A program made the translations under genes and the position numbers. The notes under the pieces were generated by a model. It was not told the DNA's origin, did not search any database, and saw only the letters and a list, made by a program, of their open reading frames with translations. A DNA stretch of 62,548 nt, counting the filler. It is 13 parts of 13 records of this genome, joined end to end, with 100 filler letters (N's around TTAATTAATTAA, not from the genome) between each part and the next. Parts side by side here need not be neighbours in the genome. Positions count along the whole stretch, not along the records: positions 1 to 4,569 come from SRR7504441_14805; positions 4,670 to 9,312 come from SRR7504441_14812; positions 9,413 to 14,172 come from SRR7504441_14824; 10 more parts are not named here. One strand, 5' to 3'. The first letter of the stretch is position 1, and each line of letters begins with the position of its first letter. Positions 1 to 11,255 of the stretch are shown piece after piece.

Positions 1-1147
1 GCAGCCACCCCTCCCCAGGCCAGCAGCCCCAGCCTTAGCATCCTCGGATCCTCCGTCATCCTCTTGGCCTGTTCGCTCCCCAGCCCGTGCCCCACCAGCC
101 AGCGCTCGGCTTCACTCCGGCCGGCCCGATCCACCTGCACCGTCAGCTCGAACACGGCCGAGTGCGGGGCCAGGCTCAGTGGCTGGGCCGGGCTTCCCGG
201 CTGTTGCTGCTGCCGCTGAGCCTCAGCCGCCTTGGCAGCCTCGACCATCCGGACTACGGCGGCCCGCTCTTGCTGGACCTGCGGGCTGCACTGGGCCAGC
301 TGGACACGGTGGCACAGCTCGGGCTGGGCTGCCCCGGCCGGCCAGCGGAGCAGCTCCACACTCTGGACGCTCTTGAGGAAGAGCACCATCGCACTCGCAT
401 CGCACATGAATGGCTCAAACAGCTCGCGCTCCAGCTGATCCACCGTGTACGGCTTGGGCGACAGCCGGCTGGCCTTGGCCTGCTGCTCGGTGCGCAGCGG
501 CAGCCGGAAGAGCGTGCCGCCAAAGCTGTGGCCAGGCCGGTGCCCAAAGCAGCAGTAAGGCCCAAACTGATCAGGGCACTGCTCGAGCGCCGGGTTGCCG
601 GGCAACCGGAGCATCTTGCCCGGGTTGGCGGCTGACACCGGCAGCCAGCGGGCGTGCGGGTCGAAGAAGACCAGCCGGTCGCCTGAGACGAACGAGGGCA
701 GGTCGGTCAGGTGGTACACCGAGTTGAACCCGACGCCGAACCGGCCGGTCTTGACCACAGACTCCTTCTTCCGGCTGTCCCCGATGTGCTGGATGCTGGC
801 AAAGTCCACCTCCGAGAAGCAGGCGTCATTGTACGCCAGCAGCGCCGGGCCCTGGAACTCGGCCAGCTTCTGGTACGCCAGCCGTTCGCTCGGGTGTTCC
901 CGGCAGTCCAGGCAAAACTTGACCTCCCGCGCGCCTGCCGGCGGGTCCTCGGCCTGGGCGGGCAGGCCGGGCGGCACCGGCGTCGTCGGCGTTCTGGATG
1001 AGCTCCTTGAGTATCGCGTTGCCCTGCAGTGGCTGTGCGACCAGCGGCGGCCAGCGGCACCTCGGGGTAGATCTGGAGGATCTCGCGGATCCGACTGGCC
1101 AGGTCGATCTTGGGCCCAAAGTCCTCGTCCCATTCCTCCCCCTCCAT
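1..1147 (-). CDS. Sacsin-like protein (N-terminal SRR/HSP90-like ATPase region), 3' truncated
   Basis: Removing GT-AG introns 1024-1060 and 935-977 gives [36 protein letters not shown]...TGRFGVGFNSVYHLTDLPSFVSG...GTLFRLPLRT...LAWGGVA, the sacsin repeat motifs. Confidence 0.9.
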
Positions 1148-1280
1148 CTCCTACAGCCCGCGCCCGCGCTGCACGGCACTTGGTCCGGCGGCCTCCCGCT
1201 TGAATGGCAACGCGCTTGAACGGAAAATCTGATTGCTGCAGTTGACGCCAGGCGCCGCCTCGCACCGGCCCAGCGTCATA

Positions 1281-2342
1281 ATGGTACGGAAGACCGGCGG
1301 GCGGGACCTCGCCGCTCTGCCCAAAGCCGAACTGCACCTGCACCTGGAGGGGGCGATGAGGCCTTCCACGCTGACCGAGCTCTGTGCCAAGCACGGCCTG
1401 GAGAGGCCGGCCGACTCGCGCGGGCGGCGGTTTGAGAACTTTGGTGGCTTCGTCGACACGTACGTCGCGGCGTGTGCGTGCCTCCGCGACCGGGGCGACC
1501 TGGAAAGGCTCGTGCTGGAGGTGGCCGAGGATGCCGCCGGGAGCGGTGCGACCTGGATCGAGCTGGGGCTGTCCATTCTGCTGTACCAGGAGCGCTTCGA
1601 CGGGGTGCAGGCGACGCTGGAGCTGCTGCTGCGGGCCGCGGAGGACGCGGAAGAGGCCACGGGCGTGGGAATCGGGTTCATTGTCTCAGCAGAGCGCATG
1701 ACTGACCTGTTCCCGCTCGGCACAGCGGGCGAGCTTGCGAGTGCGGTGAGGGCGCTGGTGGCGGATGGGAGGGCGATGATCAACGGACGCGCGGGGATCG
1801 TAGGGTTTGGCCTGCACGGCGACGAGAACGGCAACCCGCCTGGGCCGTTTCGAGGGGCCTTTGAAGTGGCCTGTGGGGGGGACGGCGGGTTGGCGGCCAT
1901 CCCACATGCAGGGGAGCTGGAGCAGAAGGCGGGAGAGGGTGCGGAGGGCGTGCGGTTCTGCGTCGACAAACTGAACGCCAAGAGAATCGCGCACGGGGTG
2001 CTGGCTGCGGCCGACCCGGAGCTGGTGGCCCATCTGGCGGAGCAGCGCGTGTGCCTGGACGTGTGCCCGAGCAGTAACTACCTGCTGAGCTCCATCGCTG
2101 CGATTGCCGACCTGCCCCTCAAGCAGCTCATGGACGCAGGCGTGCCCTGTACCATCAACTCGGACGATCCGTTGCTATTCGGCAGCAGCCTTGTCATGGA
2201 GTACGAGCTCTGTCGCACAGAACTGGGGATGGATGACGATGCCTTCGCCGAGTGTGCCCGCTGTTCTTTTCAGCACAGCCATGCGCCTCTTACTGTGAAG
2301 CAGGCGGGACTGGCCGGTATAGAGGCATGGCTCGATACGTAG
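1281..2342 (+). CDS. Adenosine/adenine deaminase
   Basis: LPKAELHLHLEG, PHAGE, RIAHG, CPSSN and INSDDP motifs; intronless; ATG at 1281. Confidence 0.93.
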   Translation: MVRKTGGRDLAALPKAELHLHLEGAMRPSTLTELCAKHGLERPADSRGRRFENFGGFVDTYVAACACLRDRGDLERLVLEVAEDAAGSGATWIELGLSILLYQERFDGVQATLELLLRAAEDAEEATGVGIGFIVSAERMTDLFPLGTAGELASAVRALVADGRAMINGRAGIVGFGLHGDENGNPPGPFRGAFEVACGGDGGLAAIPHAGELEQKAGEGAEGVRFCVDKLNAKRIAHGVLAAADPELVAHLAEQRVCLDVCPSSNYLLSSIAAIADLPLKQLMDAGVPCTINSDDPLLFGSSLVMEYELCRTELGMDDDAFAECARCSFQHSHAPLTVKQAGLAGIEAWLDT

Positions 2343-2479
2343 CTATATACAGTATATGTACAATAATACTGTTGTAAATTGTAGAGCTCTAAAGTACCGT
2401 ATAGCTATACAGCCGATTACAGCGCTAAGCAGCTTTACAAGTACGTACAATCATGATTGTGGTAATATTTAGCAACCCT

Positions 2480-4476
2480 TCAGCTGGCAGACGGCGACAC
2501 GATTAAAAAGCCGTCGATCTCGCACAAGTCATCAAACACGGCGTCTATCCTTCGACGGAGGTCTTCCAGCCAAGCGACGGGCGATTGATTCTGATTGGCA
2601 TAGTCGCTCGACGAGTACTCGAGGCGCTTCATTTCCCGAAAGTCGCGCCAGAGCTGGCTGGTGAGCGTTCTGACAAGGCTCCAGCTCACTCGCTCTAGAT
2701 CCAGACTGCGGGCTCGCTCATAGTATCGGATGACGCAGCTCAGCATGGCCACGCTCCGCTCCAACGGACAGAACTGCCACACACCGTGAGCGGCAGGGCT
2801 ACAGGCCGGCACCTGCTCGTGTTGAGCATATAAGTCTTGCTCCCATATCTCCTCTTGCATCAGCCTGCGAGCACCGGTCAGCCATGGCACAGCCATCTAT
2901 CTAACTTGGCAATGTCGGTAGTCATCAGCTGGTCCTGGGAGAGGCATTCCCTCCCGACCAGCGTGATGATCTCGTAAAGACCCTCGTCCTCCTCCATGAT
3001 CTGCCAGGCCACTCGCACAAGCTCGCTCTTCAGCCGATCCGATCCGAAGCTATGCCCCCGGTCGAGCGCCGGATGGCTCCGGAACCGCCAGCTTCTGAGC
3101 GGCAGTAGCAGCCAGGCGGTCTGGGCTTGGCTTAGTAAAGCGGCTGAGCTGGGATCGGAGGGCAGGTCGCCCCCCTCGGGCGAGAGCGTGCAAATGATCG
3201 TGAGCGCGCCCGTGACTTCCGGCTCCCCGGGGCACACACAGACCCCGGAAGACTCGGCCAGGTCGGCTATTTTGGTGCGCATTAGCGCCGTAGGCCCGTC
3301 GTTGTAATCGGACCCACCTGGTATCTCCTGCGGAAGTGCGCGGCCCCAGTGCGAGAGCGAATCGATCAGCAGGCAGACAGTGCACCCGCAGCACTCGCGC
3401 AGATACTCGCTGATTCTGGCCGCCTTGAGCACACACAGCTCCATGCTCGAGCCCACCCGCTCGTTGGCGGCTGAGACTGTCACAACTCGTGGGCAGCGGC
3501 ACGGCCCGCAGCACGGCTGGCAGAACTCGGCCCGCCTGCACACCAATTCGAGCAGCCGCCAGTTGCCCCGCAGCCGGTGCATCGGGCTGCCGCTGTCCGC
3601 AGTCCCCAGCAACAGCTGCCTCTCCAGCCGGGCCCACGGCTCTCGCTGCCAGCCAGCGTGGCGGCTGAGCCTTTTCTGCAGCTCGACAAGCTCATTCGGC
3701 CGCTCGCCGCAGCACGCGAGCACCACAACGTCGTGATTCGAGTACTCACTAATCGCATGGACCAGTCGGGTCTTGCCGGTACCAAACCTGCCCGCCGTGC
3801 ACCCGACCTGGCCTATATACATTGGGAGGAGTAGATCGAGCTGCCGCACCCCGCTCACCAGCCGCTCACTCGCTGGCCGCCGCCCACACACCGGCCGGGG
3901 CTCACGCACTGGCCAGCGTTGAGCCATCGTAACCGTCCGGCTGGGGCCAGCCTCAGGCACCACTCGCACCAGCGGCGCCTCCACGCTGTACATGCCAGCC
4001 GGGGTCACCTGGCTCGCCAGCCCTTCCCAGCCGTCCGGGAGCCGCAGCCGGTGCGCGAGCCCCAACTCACGCACCACCCCCAGCAGCTGCCCGGGCGCCA
4101 GCCGCTGCCCGTGCGCCACCGCAGGCTCCCATCGCCAGCGCGGTCCGCGGGGCAGCTGGGCGCACGGGCCAGCCCCTGTGGGGATCCTGCGCGGGAGCTG
4201 GTCGAGCTGCAAGTGGTGCACCGCGTCCAAGTGCCGCCCGAGCAGCCCGGGCCCGAGTTCCAGCCCGAGCGGGGCCCCGAGAAGCTCGACCGGATCGCCC
4301 GGCCGCAGCCCAGCCGACGGCTCGAACAGCGCGATTTTGATGCTTCCCTGGCCCACCAACCGGACCTCGCCCAGCCGCCCGCCCACCCAACAGGCCTCCC
4401 GCAGCCAGGCACCCCCGCCCGCAGCCACCAGCCGCGACCCCCGCACCCGCACTAGCACCGGTGCCGACTGCGCCAT
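2480..4476 (-). CDS. Highly diverged V-type ATPase catalytic subunit A-like protein
   Basis: LELGPGLLG, MAQRWPVREPRP, Walker A GRFGTGKT, CGERPNE, DSLSHWGRA and SPEGGD. Two short 3' introns join to AKLMQEEIWEQDLYAQHEQFCPLERS, which corresponds to the V1A C-terminal LREDYLAQN...FCP region. Confidence 0.85.
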
Positions 4477-4569
4477 GCGATGAGATCACAGCTTCGGTTC
4501 GTTATGTATAGGCATGGATATATATTCAAAAATACGAATCACTAGAAGCGAAAAGTGCCTAATGACTAC

Positions 4570-4669
4570 NNNNNNNNNNNNNNNNNNNNNNNNNNNNNNN
4601 NNNNNNNNNNNNNTTAATTAATTAANNNNNNNNNNNNNNNNNNNNNNNNNNNNNNNNNNNNNNNNNNNN
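4570..4669. other. Artificial contig linker N44-TTAATTAATTAA-N44 (also at 9313, 14173, 19069, 22774, 26058, 29667, 37674, 41790, 47110, 55001, 59338)
   Basis: Identical 100-nt spacer with six-frame stops occurs 12 times; genes are cut at these points. Confidence 0.99.
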
Positions 4670-4807
4670 TGTTAGGCTTAGTAAAGAAGGTCACTACTAG
4701 AACACTCAGTGCATCAATGCCAGCTGAACGATGTGATGAGAGACCGTTGTTGTCATTGGCGGCAAAACGTGCTGCACCACGCAGGCAGCACAGGGAACGC
4801 CCGGCTG

Positions 4808-7138
4808 ATGCTGAGCGCGGGCCGGCTACCCCGTTGGACCAGCCGCTTGCTCGCGCGGAGCTGCTCGGCGGCCACCGCCCAGCGCGGTGTGCCGCCGGAG
4901 GTGGGATGGCAGGACCCGCTCCCGGACGGGGTGACGGCCATCTCTAGCTGGGCTGATGCCGAGAAGGCGGTCAAAGTGCTCACTGACCTGCCGGCCGAGC
5001 GCCGGGTGGCCTGGGACACCGAGACCGTTGGGATTGACGTCAAGACCCAGTCGCCGGCCGTGTTTGGACGGGTGATCTGCGCCTCGGCCTACGCGGGGTT
5101 GGACGTGGACTTCGGACACGGGCCCAAGCTGTGGGTAGACGAGCTGAGCGAGCCAGGCACGCTGGGCAAGTTCCAGGAATACTTCCAGGCGTCCAGCGCG
5201 AAGAAGGTGTTCCACAACGCCAGCTTCGACGCGCATATGCTGGGCAATCATGGAATCCGGCTCAAAGGGTTCGGGGGAGACACGATGCACATGGCCCGGC
5301 TGCTCGACTCGTCACGCACCATGAACGGCGGGTACTCACTCGAGGCGCTCTCCCGGGACTGGTTGCCTGAGACCGATCAGGCCAAGGTGACGATGAAGCA
5401 GCGGTTTGGGAAGACACGGACCAACAGGGACGGCAAGCAGGTGTCCACCGGCAAACTGCCGCCGCTAGACACGCTGCAGTGCGAGCCCGAGACCCGTTCG
5501 GCTTGGGTGGATTACTCGACTGAGGACGCCAGGCTGACTTACGAGTTGATGCAGCTGTTGGAGGGTAAACTGGATCGAATAGAGTGGCAGGACGAGACTG
5601 CCCCAGATGGCACTCCAAAGCAGTCGCTATGGGCGCTTTACAACGACCTGTGGCTGCCGTTTGGCGAGCTGCTGATAGAGATGGAGCGCAGGGGCATTAG
5701 AATGGACTCTCAGTACTTACAGAACATCGAGCAACTAGCACGGAAGCAGCGCGACCAGGCCGAGAATGAGTTCATCCAATGGGTCTCGCGCGTGTCCCCT
5801 GGAGCTGAGAAGATGAACCTCATGTCCGACTTGCAGAAGCAGCAGCTCTTCTTCGCGCCGTGTCAGAATGCGAGCACGAAAGAGTATCGCGAGGAGATCC
5901 GGACGTTTGAAACTGAGAACATCGAAGGGTACGTAGAGGACGGCAAGACCAAGCCCAAAAAGATGCGGCCGTTCGAGGTCAAAGGGTTGGGGTTTAGTCC
6001 GGTTGAGTACACCAAGAGCGGCTGGCCGTCCACCTCGTCCTCGATACTGAAGAAGCTAGCAGGCGACGTGGGGAGCGGACAGTGGGGCAGTGCATACGAC
6101 GAGCTGGGTGGCGGGCAGCGGGGCGAGGAGGCGTGCAAGGCGATCGACGCCTTGTCACAAGTGTCGAGCATGAACAAGCTGATCAACACCTTCATTGTGC
6201 CGTTGCAGGAGAAGACAGACGACGAGCAGCGGATCCACACGTCTCTCAACATCAACACAGAGACTGGCCGGCTCTCCTCTCGGAATCCAAACCTCCAGAA
6301 CCAGCCCGCACTCGAGAAAGACGTGTTTCAGATCCGGAGTGCGTTCACATGCTCGGCGGGCAACACGCTGATTGTGGCAGACTACGGTCAGCTAGAGCTC
6401 CGGATACTGGCCCACCTCAGCCAGTGTGTTTCAATGATAGATGCATTCCATTCCGGGGGCGACTTTCATAGTCGCACTGCGATCGGCATGTACCCGCACG
6501 TCCAGCAGGCGGTGGACGCGGGCAAGGTGCTGCTAGAGTGGAACGAAGCCGATGGGCTGGCTCCTGCCCCACTAGTGAAAGACCTGTTTGGGTCGGAGCG
6601 CAGGAAGGCCAAGACACTCAACTTTTCTATAGCATACGGCAAGACCGCGCATGGGCTGGCTAAAGACTGGAACGTGGGCAAAGCTGAGGCGGAGAACACA
6701 CTGGAGTTGTGGTATGCAAATAGGCCAGAGGTGCTCGCATGGCAGAAGCACACGATCGCTGAGGCGCGCAAACTGGGCCACACCCGCACTCTACTAGGAC
6801 GGCTGCGCAAGCTCAACGGGATTAGGGACACGTCGCGGAAGCTTAGGGGACATGCCGAGCGGGCGGCGATCAACACGCCAGTCCAGGGTGGGGCAGCCGA
6901 TATCGTGACGATGGCGATGCTCAAGATGTGGAAGGATGAGGTGCTACGGAGGTTGGGCTGGAACATCATACTGCAAATACACGACGAGGTGATCCTTGAA
7001 GGACCCAAGGAAAGCGCGGCTGAGGCCATGAGTATGGTCAAGAGGATCATGGAGAGGCCCCTTACGGATGGGCACGAGCTTTTGGTTGATCTATCAGTAG
7101 ACGCCAAGACTGCAGACACTTGGTACGAAGCTAAGTGA
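4808..7138 (+). CDS. Organellar family-A DNA polymerase (POP type) with 3'-5' exonuclease
   Basis: ExoI WDTET, FHNASFD, DTMHMARL; polymerase motifs TETGRLSSRNPNLQNQP, ADYGQLELRILAH, RRKAKTLNFSIAYG, LQIHDEVILEGP; POP-like insert GGDFHSRTAIGMYPHV; Arg/Ser-rich N-terminus like a mitochondrial presequence; intronless. Confidence 0.93.
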   Translation: MLSAGRLPRWTSRLLARSCSAATAQRGVPPEVGWQDPLPDGVTAISSWADAEKAVKVLTDLPAERRVAWDTETVGIDVKTQSPAVFGRVICASAYAGLDVDFGHGPKLWVDELSEPGTLGKFQEYFQASSAKKVFHNASFDAHMLGNHGIRLKGFGGDTMHMARLLDSSRTMNGGYSLEALSRDWLPETDQAKVTMKQRFGKTRTNRDGKQVSTGKLPPLDTLQCEPETRSAWVDYSTEDARLTYELMQLLEGKLDRIEWQDETAPDGTPKQSLWALYNDLWLPFGELLIEMERRGIRMDSQYLQNIEQLARKQRDQAENEFIQWVSRVSPGAEKMNLMSDLQKQQLFFAPCQNASTKEYREEIRTFETENIEGYVEDGKTKPKKMRPFEVKGLGFSPVEYTKSGWPSTSSSILKKLAGDVGSGQWGSAYDELGGGQRGEEACKAIDALSQVSSMNKLINTFIVPLQEKTDDEQRIHTSLNINTETGRLSSRNPNLQNQPALEKDVFQIRSAFTCSAGNTLIVADYGQLELRILAHLSQCVSMIDAFHSGGDFHSRTAIGMYPHVQQAVDAGKVLLEWNEADGLAPAPLVKDLFGSERRKAKTLNFSIAYGKTAHGLAKDWNVGKAEAENTLELWYANRPEVLAWQKHTIAEARKLGHTRTLLGRLRKLNGIRDTSRKLRGHAERAAINTPVQGGAADIVTMAMLKMWKDEVLRRLGWNIILQIHDEVILEGPKESAAEAMSMVKRIMERPLTDGHELLVDLSVDAKTADTWYEAK

Positions 7139-7371
7139 GAGTTCTCATCATCTTTAATTAATATATAATCATGCAAGCCTTCATAGAATTGTCGGTTGTA
7201 GAGTATAATTAATTTTGTAGAGTATAGTTGACTACAATCGCACGCGTTGCTGTCTATCAACAGGTCAGCGTAGAGCCCGCATGAGCCCGCTCGTGCCGTT
7301 TGACGAGCGTGTAAGTGCTGTCAGACGAGCGTTAAGTGCCGTTAGACTCCGGCTTCCCTCACAGCGTCGTC

Positions 7372-8594
7372 ATGCGTCTTGCGGTCCTTATCGCCTCTGT
7401 TGCTGTGGTGGGCGGCGCCTCTGTTGTCGAGCTCTCCACCCTTTGGGCCTACAGACATCCTGACAATAACACCGTCAATCCCGGCGCTGGTGGTCGATGG
7501 GGAGCTAGTATCGGTGTCACCAGGCATGGCACTGTGCTAGTGGGCTCCGAGGTGGGCGTGCAGTGCCGTGAGCACAGATGCCCGACGCAGTTGGAGATCA
7601 GGCGCAGCACGGATGGAGGCCTCACTTGGGGCAACAGCACCGTGCTGATGACTCCGGAACAGGCTCAGCGCCACGGGGGCGGCTTCATCGTCCAACACTC
7701 CACCGGCACTATCTTCTTCATGCACTTACGAAGCCCCTGGAAGGGACAGCGGAACCCACTCACTGAGTATCCGCTCTACGTCTACCAGAGCAAGGATGAT
7801 GGCCTTACTTGGAGCGCAGGGATGCAAGCCAAGAGCAAGGGCGGTGTCAACGTCACTGGAGGGGAGATCATCGGTCATGGCATGGAACTCGTACGAGGCC
7901 CTCGCCCTGGCCGCCTGATCATCGCCACCAATCAATACATCGGGCCCGGCCCAAAGTCTGGGCCAGGCTTTGACCTGGACGCATACACGGTACCCCGCAC
8001 TGCATTCATATTGATCAGTATTGACTCTGTGTGGGCCCTGCATAGGTTTTCTCTGATGACAATGGCCAGACTTGGGAGATGGGTGCGAATCTGCCAGTGC
8101 CATTCACCCCCCTGGAGGCCACCCTAGCAGAACTCAGCAACGGTTCGCTCATCATGAGTGCCCGTGACGCGCAGCCCCGCTCAGCTGGGGATCTATGCGA
8201 GGACGGCGAGGTGTGCCACAGTTTCGGGCGATCAGACGATGCCGGAAGCAGCTGGGTGGAGGCATGGACTGTGCCAGTGCGGGAGCTGCCGGTGCACACA
8301 TGCCAGCCCACACTGATCAGCACCGCGGATGGCGAGACGCTTTACTTTGGTGCTCCCATGAACATGACCACTGGAGACAGGTACAACTACACCGTTTACA
8401 CCTCCAGTGACGGCGGGCGGCGATGGCAGTGGCTCACTGGGGTGTTTGGGGGGCCTTCTGGCTACGGCGACATGGCCTTCCTGCCCAACGGCCAGTTGGG
8501 GATCGCATTCCAGAGGGGCCTCGGCCTACCTGGGGTGACCGCCGGGGGCTACGAGATGGCGTACGCGCGTGTGAATGTCACTGGCGGGCCATGA
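7372..8594 (+). CDS. Secreted sialidase/BNR (Asp-box) beta-propeller protein
   Basis: Signal peptide MRLAVLIASVAVV; Asp-boxes STDGGLTW, SKDDGLTW, SDDNGQTW (after removing intron 7990-8045), SDDAGSSW, SSDGGRRW; SGYGDM. Confidence 0.85.
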
Positions 8595-8790
8595 GCTCCT
8601 AATGAGCCCCTATTAAAATTAATGAGCCGCTCTCCATAGGTGCTGAGGCCGGGGTATAAATATGATTGAATCGGTACCTGATCAAAGGGATAATTGATTT
8701 TACTAGCGGATGCCTATACGGATGCCGGGATGCCTACAGAGCTCGAGTACCGTAAGACCGGGGCTGACGCCGCTGTTCATCCGCGGCTGC

Positions 8791-9312
<522 letters not shown>

Positions 9313-9412
9313 NNNNNNNNNNNNNNNNNNNNNNNNNNNNNNNNNNNNNNNNNNNNTTAATTAATTAANNNNNNNNNNNNNNNNNNNNNNNNNNNNNNNN
9401 NNNNNNNNNNNN

Positions 9413-9723
9413 TTGATATCGGCCTTCCCGTCGACCAGCGCACGGATCACCGGGGTTCGGCCGTTCATCGCAGCCCACTGCAGCGGACTGAACCCCTCGC
9501 TCGGCGCGTTCGGGTCGGCGCCGTGCTCGATCAGCGCCGAGCACACCTCGGGGTGCCCTAGCACAGCGGCGTGCGTCAGAGGGGTGTAGCCGCGGTAGGA
9601 TTGTTCCGGATCGGCTCCCGCGGCAAGCTCGGCCTTGAGGGCCGCCAGATCCCCAGACTGGGCGGCGGCCACCAGCCCCGAGGCCGGCTGGCTGTCCTCG
9701 TCTTTGGACCCGGCGCAGCCCAT
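9413..9723 (-). CDS. Ankyrin-repeat protein with N-terminal acylation motif (3' truncated)
   Basis: MGCAGSK start; GYTPLTHAAVLGH and GFSPLQWAAMNGR ankyrin repeats. Confidence 0.85.
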
Positions 9724-9804
9724 TGGGTGCGACCTGGGGCTCCACGATAGCTTTGTCGGTCACAACTGTCGACAAAATTTGACTTTGCGCAGCTAGGCAG
9801 CCCG

Positions 9805-10892
9805 ATGGAGCGAATCAGGGCTCTGGCGGCGCGGACCAAGACCAAGGGCTCAAAGCATCGTGCCGTCCCGGTACTCCAGGTCGGCATTGCGCCAAACGAC
9901 GAGAATGATGAGAACGCCGCCGCCTCGCGCCCCTCCAAGTCGACCAAGCGCAAGCCGGCGACCAGCCGGCGGGCCGGCGGGTCTCAGCCGACTGGGCTCA
10001 AGGAGCTCGGCTCCCGGGCACTCAAGGAGGCGGTCGGGGGGACTGATCAACTGGTTGTGCTGTTCACCAAGCGCTGGATGCCGCTGTGCCGGGCCTTCGA
10101 GGCGCATCTAGCCGGGCTGGGCGCGAAGTACCCGCACACCCAGTTTAGAATGGTGGACCAGGAGAAGTGCAAGTGCCAACGCAAGCTATAGCAGCCGGGG
10201 CTCACCTGGTCGGACAGGCAAGCGGTCCGAGATTGGCATGTGACCAAGGCGCCCACTGTGCTTACCTTCCGGGCTGGGGCAGTGGCCGGTACCCTGGCCG
10301 CCAAACTGGTCGGCCGACTGGCCGGCAGGCAAGGTGGATTCTTTGGACTGCCTAGGAGGCACCAGCTCGTTCAGCGTCGGGGCGCTCGAGAGCGTGCTCG
10401 GCGCGCACGGCGTCCTGAGCGAACCACCCAGGTGCGATGCCAGCCGGGTGCTGGGAGCGGTCTCAGGTCGGAGTTGTGGCGAGCTGTGGCGGCGGGCGAC
10501 TTGGGCCGGTGCAGCAGCTTGCTGGAGCAGGGGTGCGAGCTCTCGTGCCGAGGCCAGGAAGGGATGACGGCGCTCCACCTGGCCGGTGTGCGGGCAGCTG
10601 GGCTGCAGCTGAGGGTGTGGGCAGCCAAGCTGGAAAACGAGCAGGCGGTTATGCTGCTGCTAGAGTACGGCGCAGATCCTTCTTGCCTCGACCAGCACGG
10701 TGCGCTGGGGTGTGGCCCGGGCGAGCACCTCGGGCAGGGCGGCTGCCGAGCGGGCTGACGGGGTCGGCGGAAGTGAAAGACCTGCTCGCGCTGCATCTGT
10801 TGTTCGTGGGCCCAGATACTGCTGCTGGCCAGAAACTAGACCACGCTGAGCGGGTACCCGCTTTGTTACTCAGCAAAATGACCAACAAATGA
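9805..10892 (+). CDS. Phosducin-like/thioredoxin-fold protein fused to ankyrin repeats
   Basis: Spliced: LGAKYPHTQFRMVDQEKCK-QAVRDWHVTKAPTVLTFRAGAVAG-KVDSLDCLGGTSSFSVGALESVLGAHGVL (TXNDC9/PhLP3-like), then ELWRAVAAGD...GMTALHLA...LLEYGAD. Confidence 0.7.
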
Positions 10893-10931
10893 GCAGTCAA
10901 GCGGTGTGTGGACAAAGCTGACGCAGCCCAC

Positions 10932-10961
10932 GCATGCATGCATGCATGCATGCATGCATGC
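10932..10961. repeat. (GCAT)n self-complementary microsatellite
   Basis: gcatgcatgcatgcatgcatgcatgcatgc just downstream of the stop codon. Confidence 0.9.
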
Positions 10962-11255
10962 TGATCTAGAGAAAGATTTACGTTGTCATACTCGTACTTG
11001 TATTAATTTTTCAAGTTTGATTCAAAGTTGAACAAGTACCGAACGTTAGAATACCGTGCGTGTCCGGCAGTACAATAGCGAGTAACAAGATTATTACAGT
11101 ACAGTGACTTAAATATAATCGTATAGACTTTAGTATAGACTTCATAACGATTGCATGGATCCGTGGTTATGCATGTTTGAGATCTTCGCCCATCCCAGGG
11201 TCCCTAAAGACAACTACATGATTGTACGGAGCCTCGTAATCCGGCAAGCTCGACT

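Noticed and set aside
4709-7138. Phage or bacterial PolA indicating a provirus
   Set aside because: It has POP-type inserts and a presequence-like N-terminus, lacks a 5'-3' exonuclease, and its neighbours are intron-bearing host genes.
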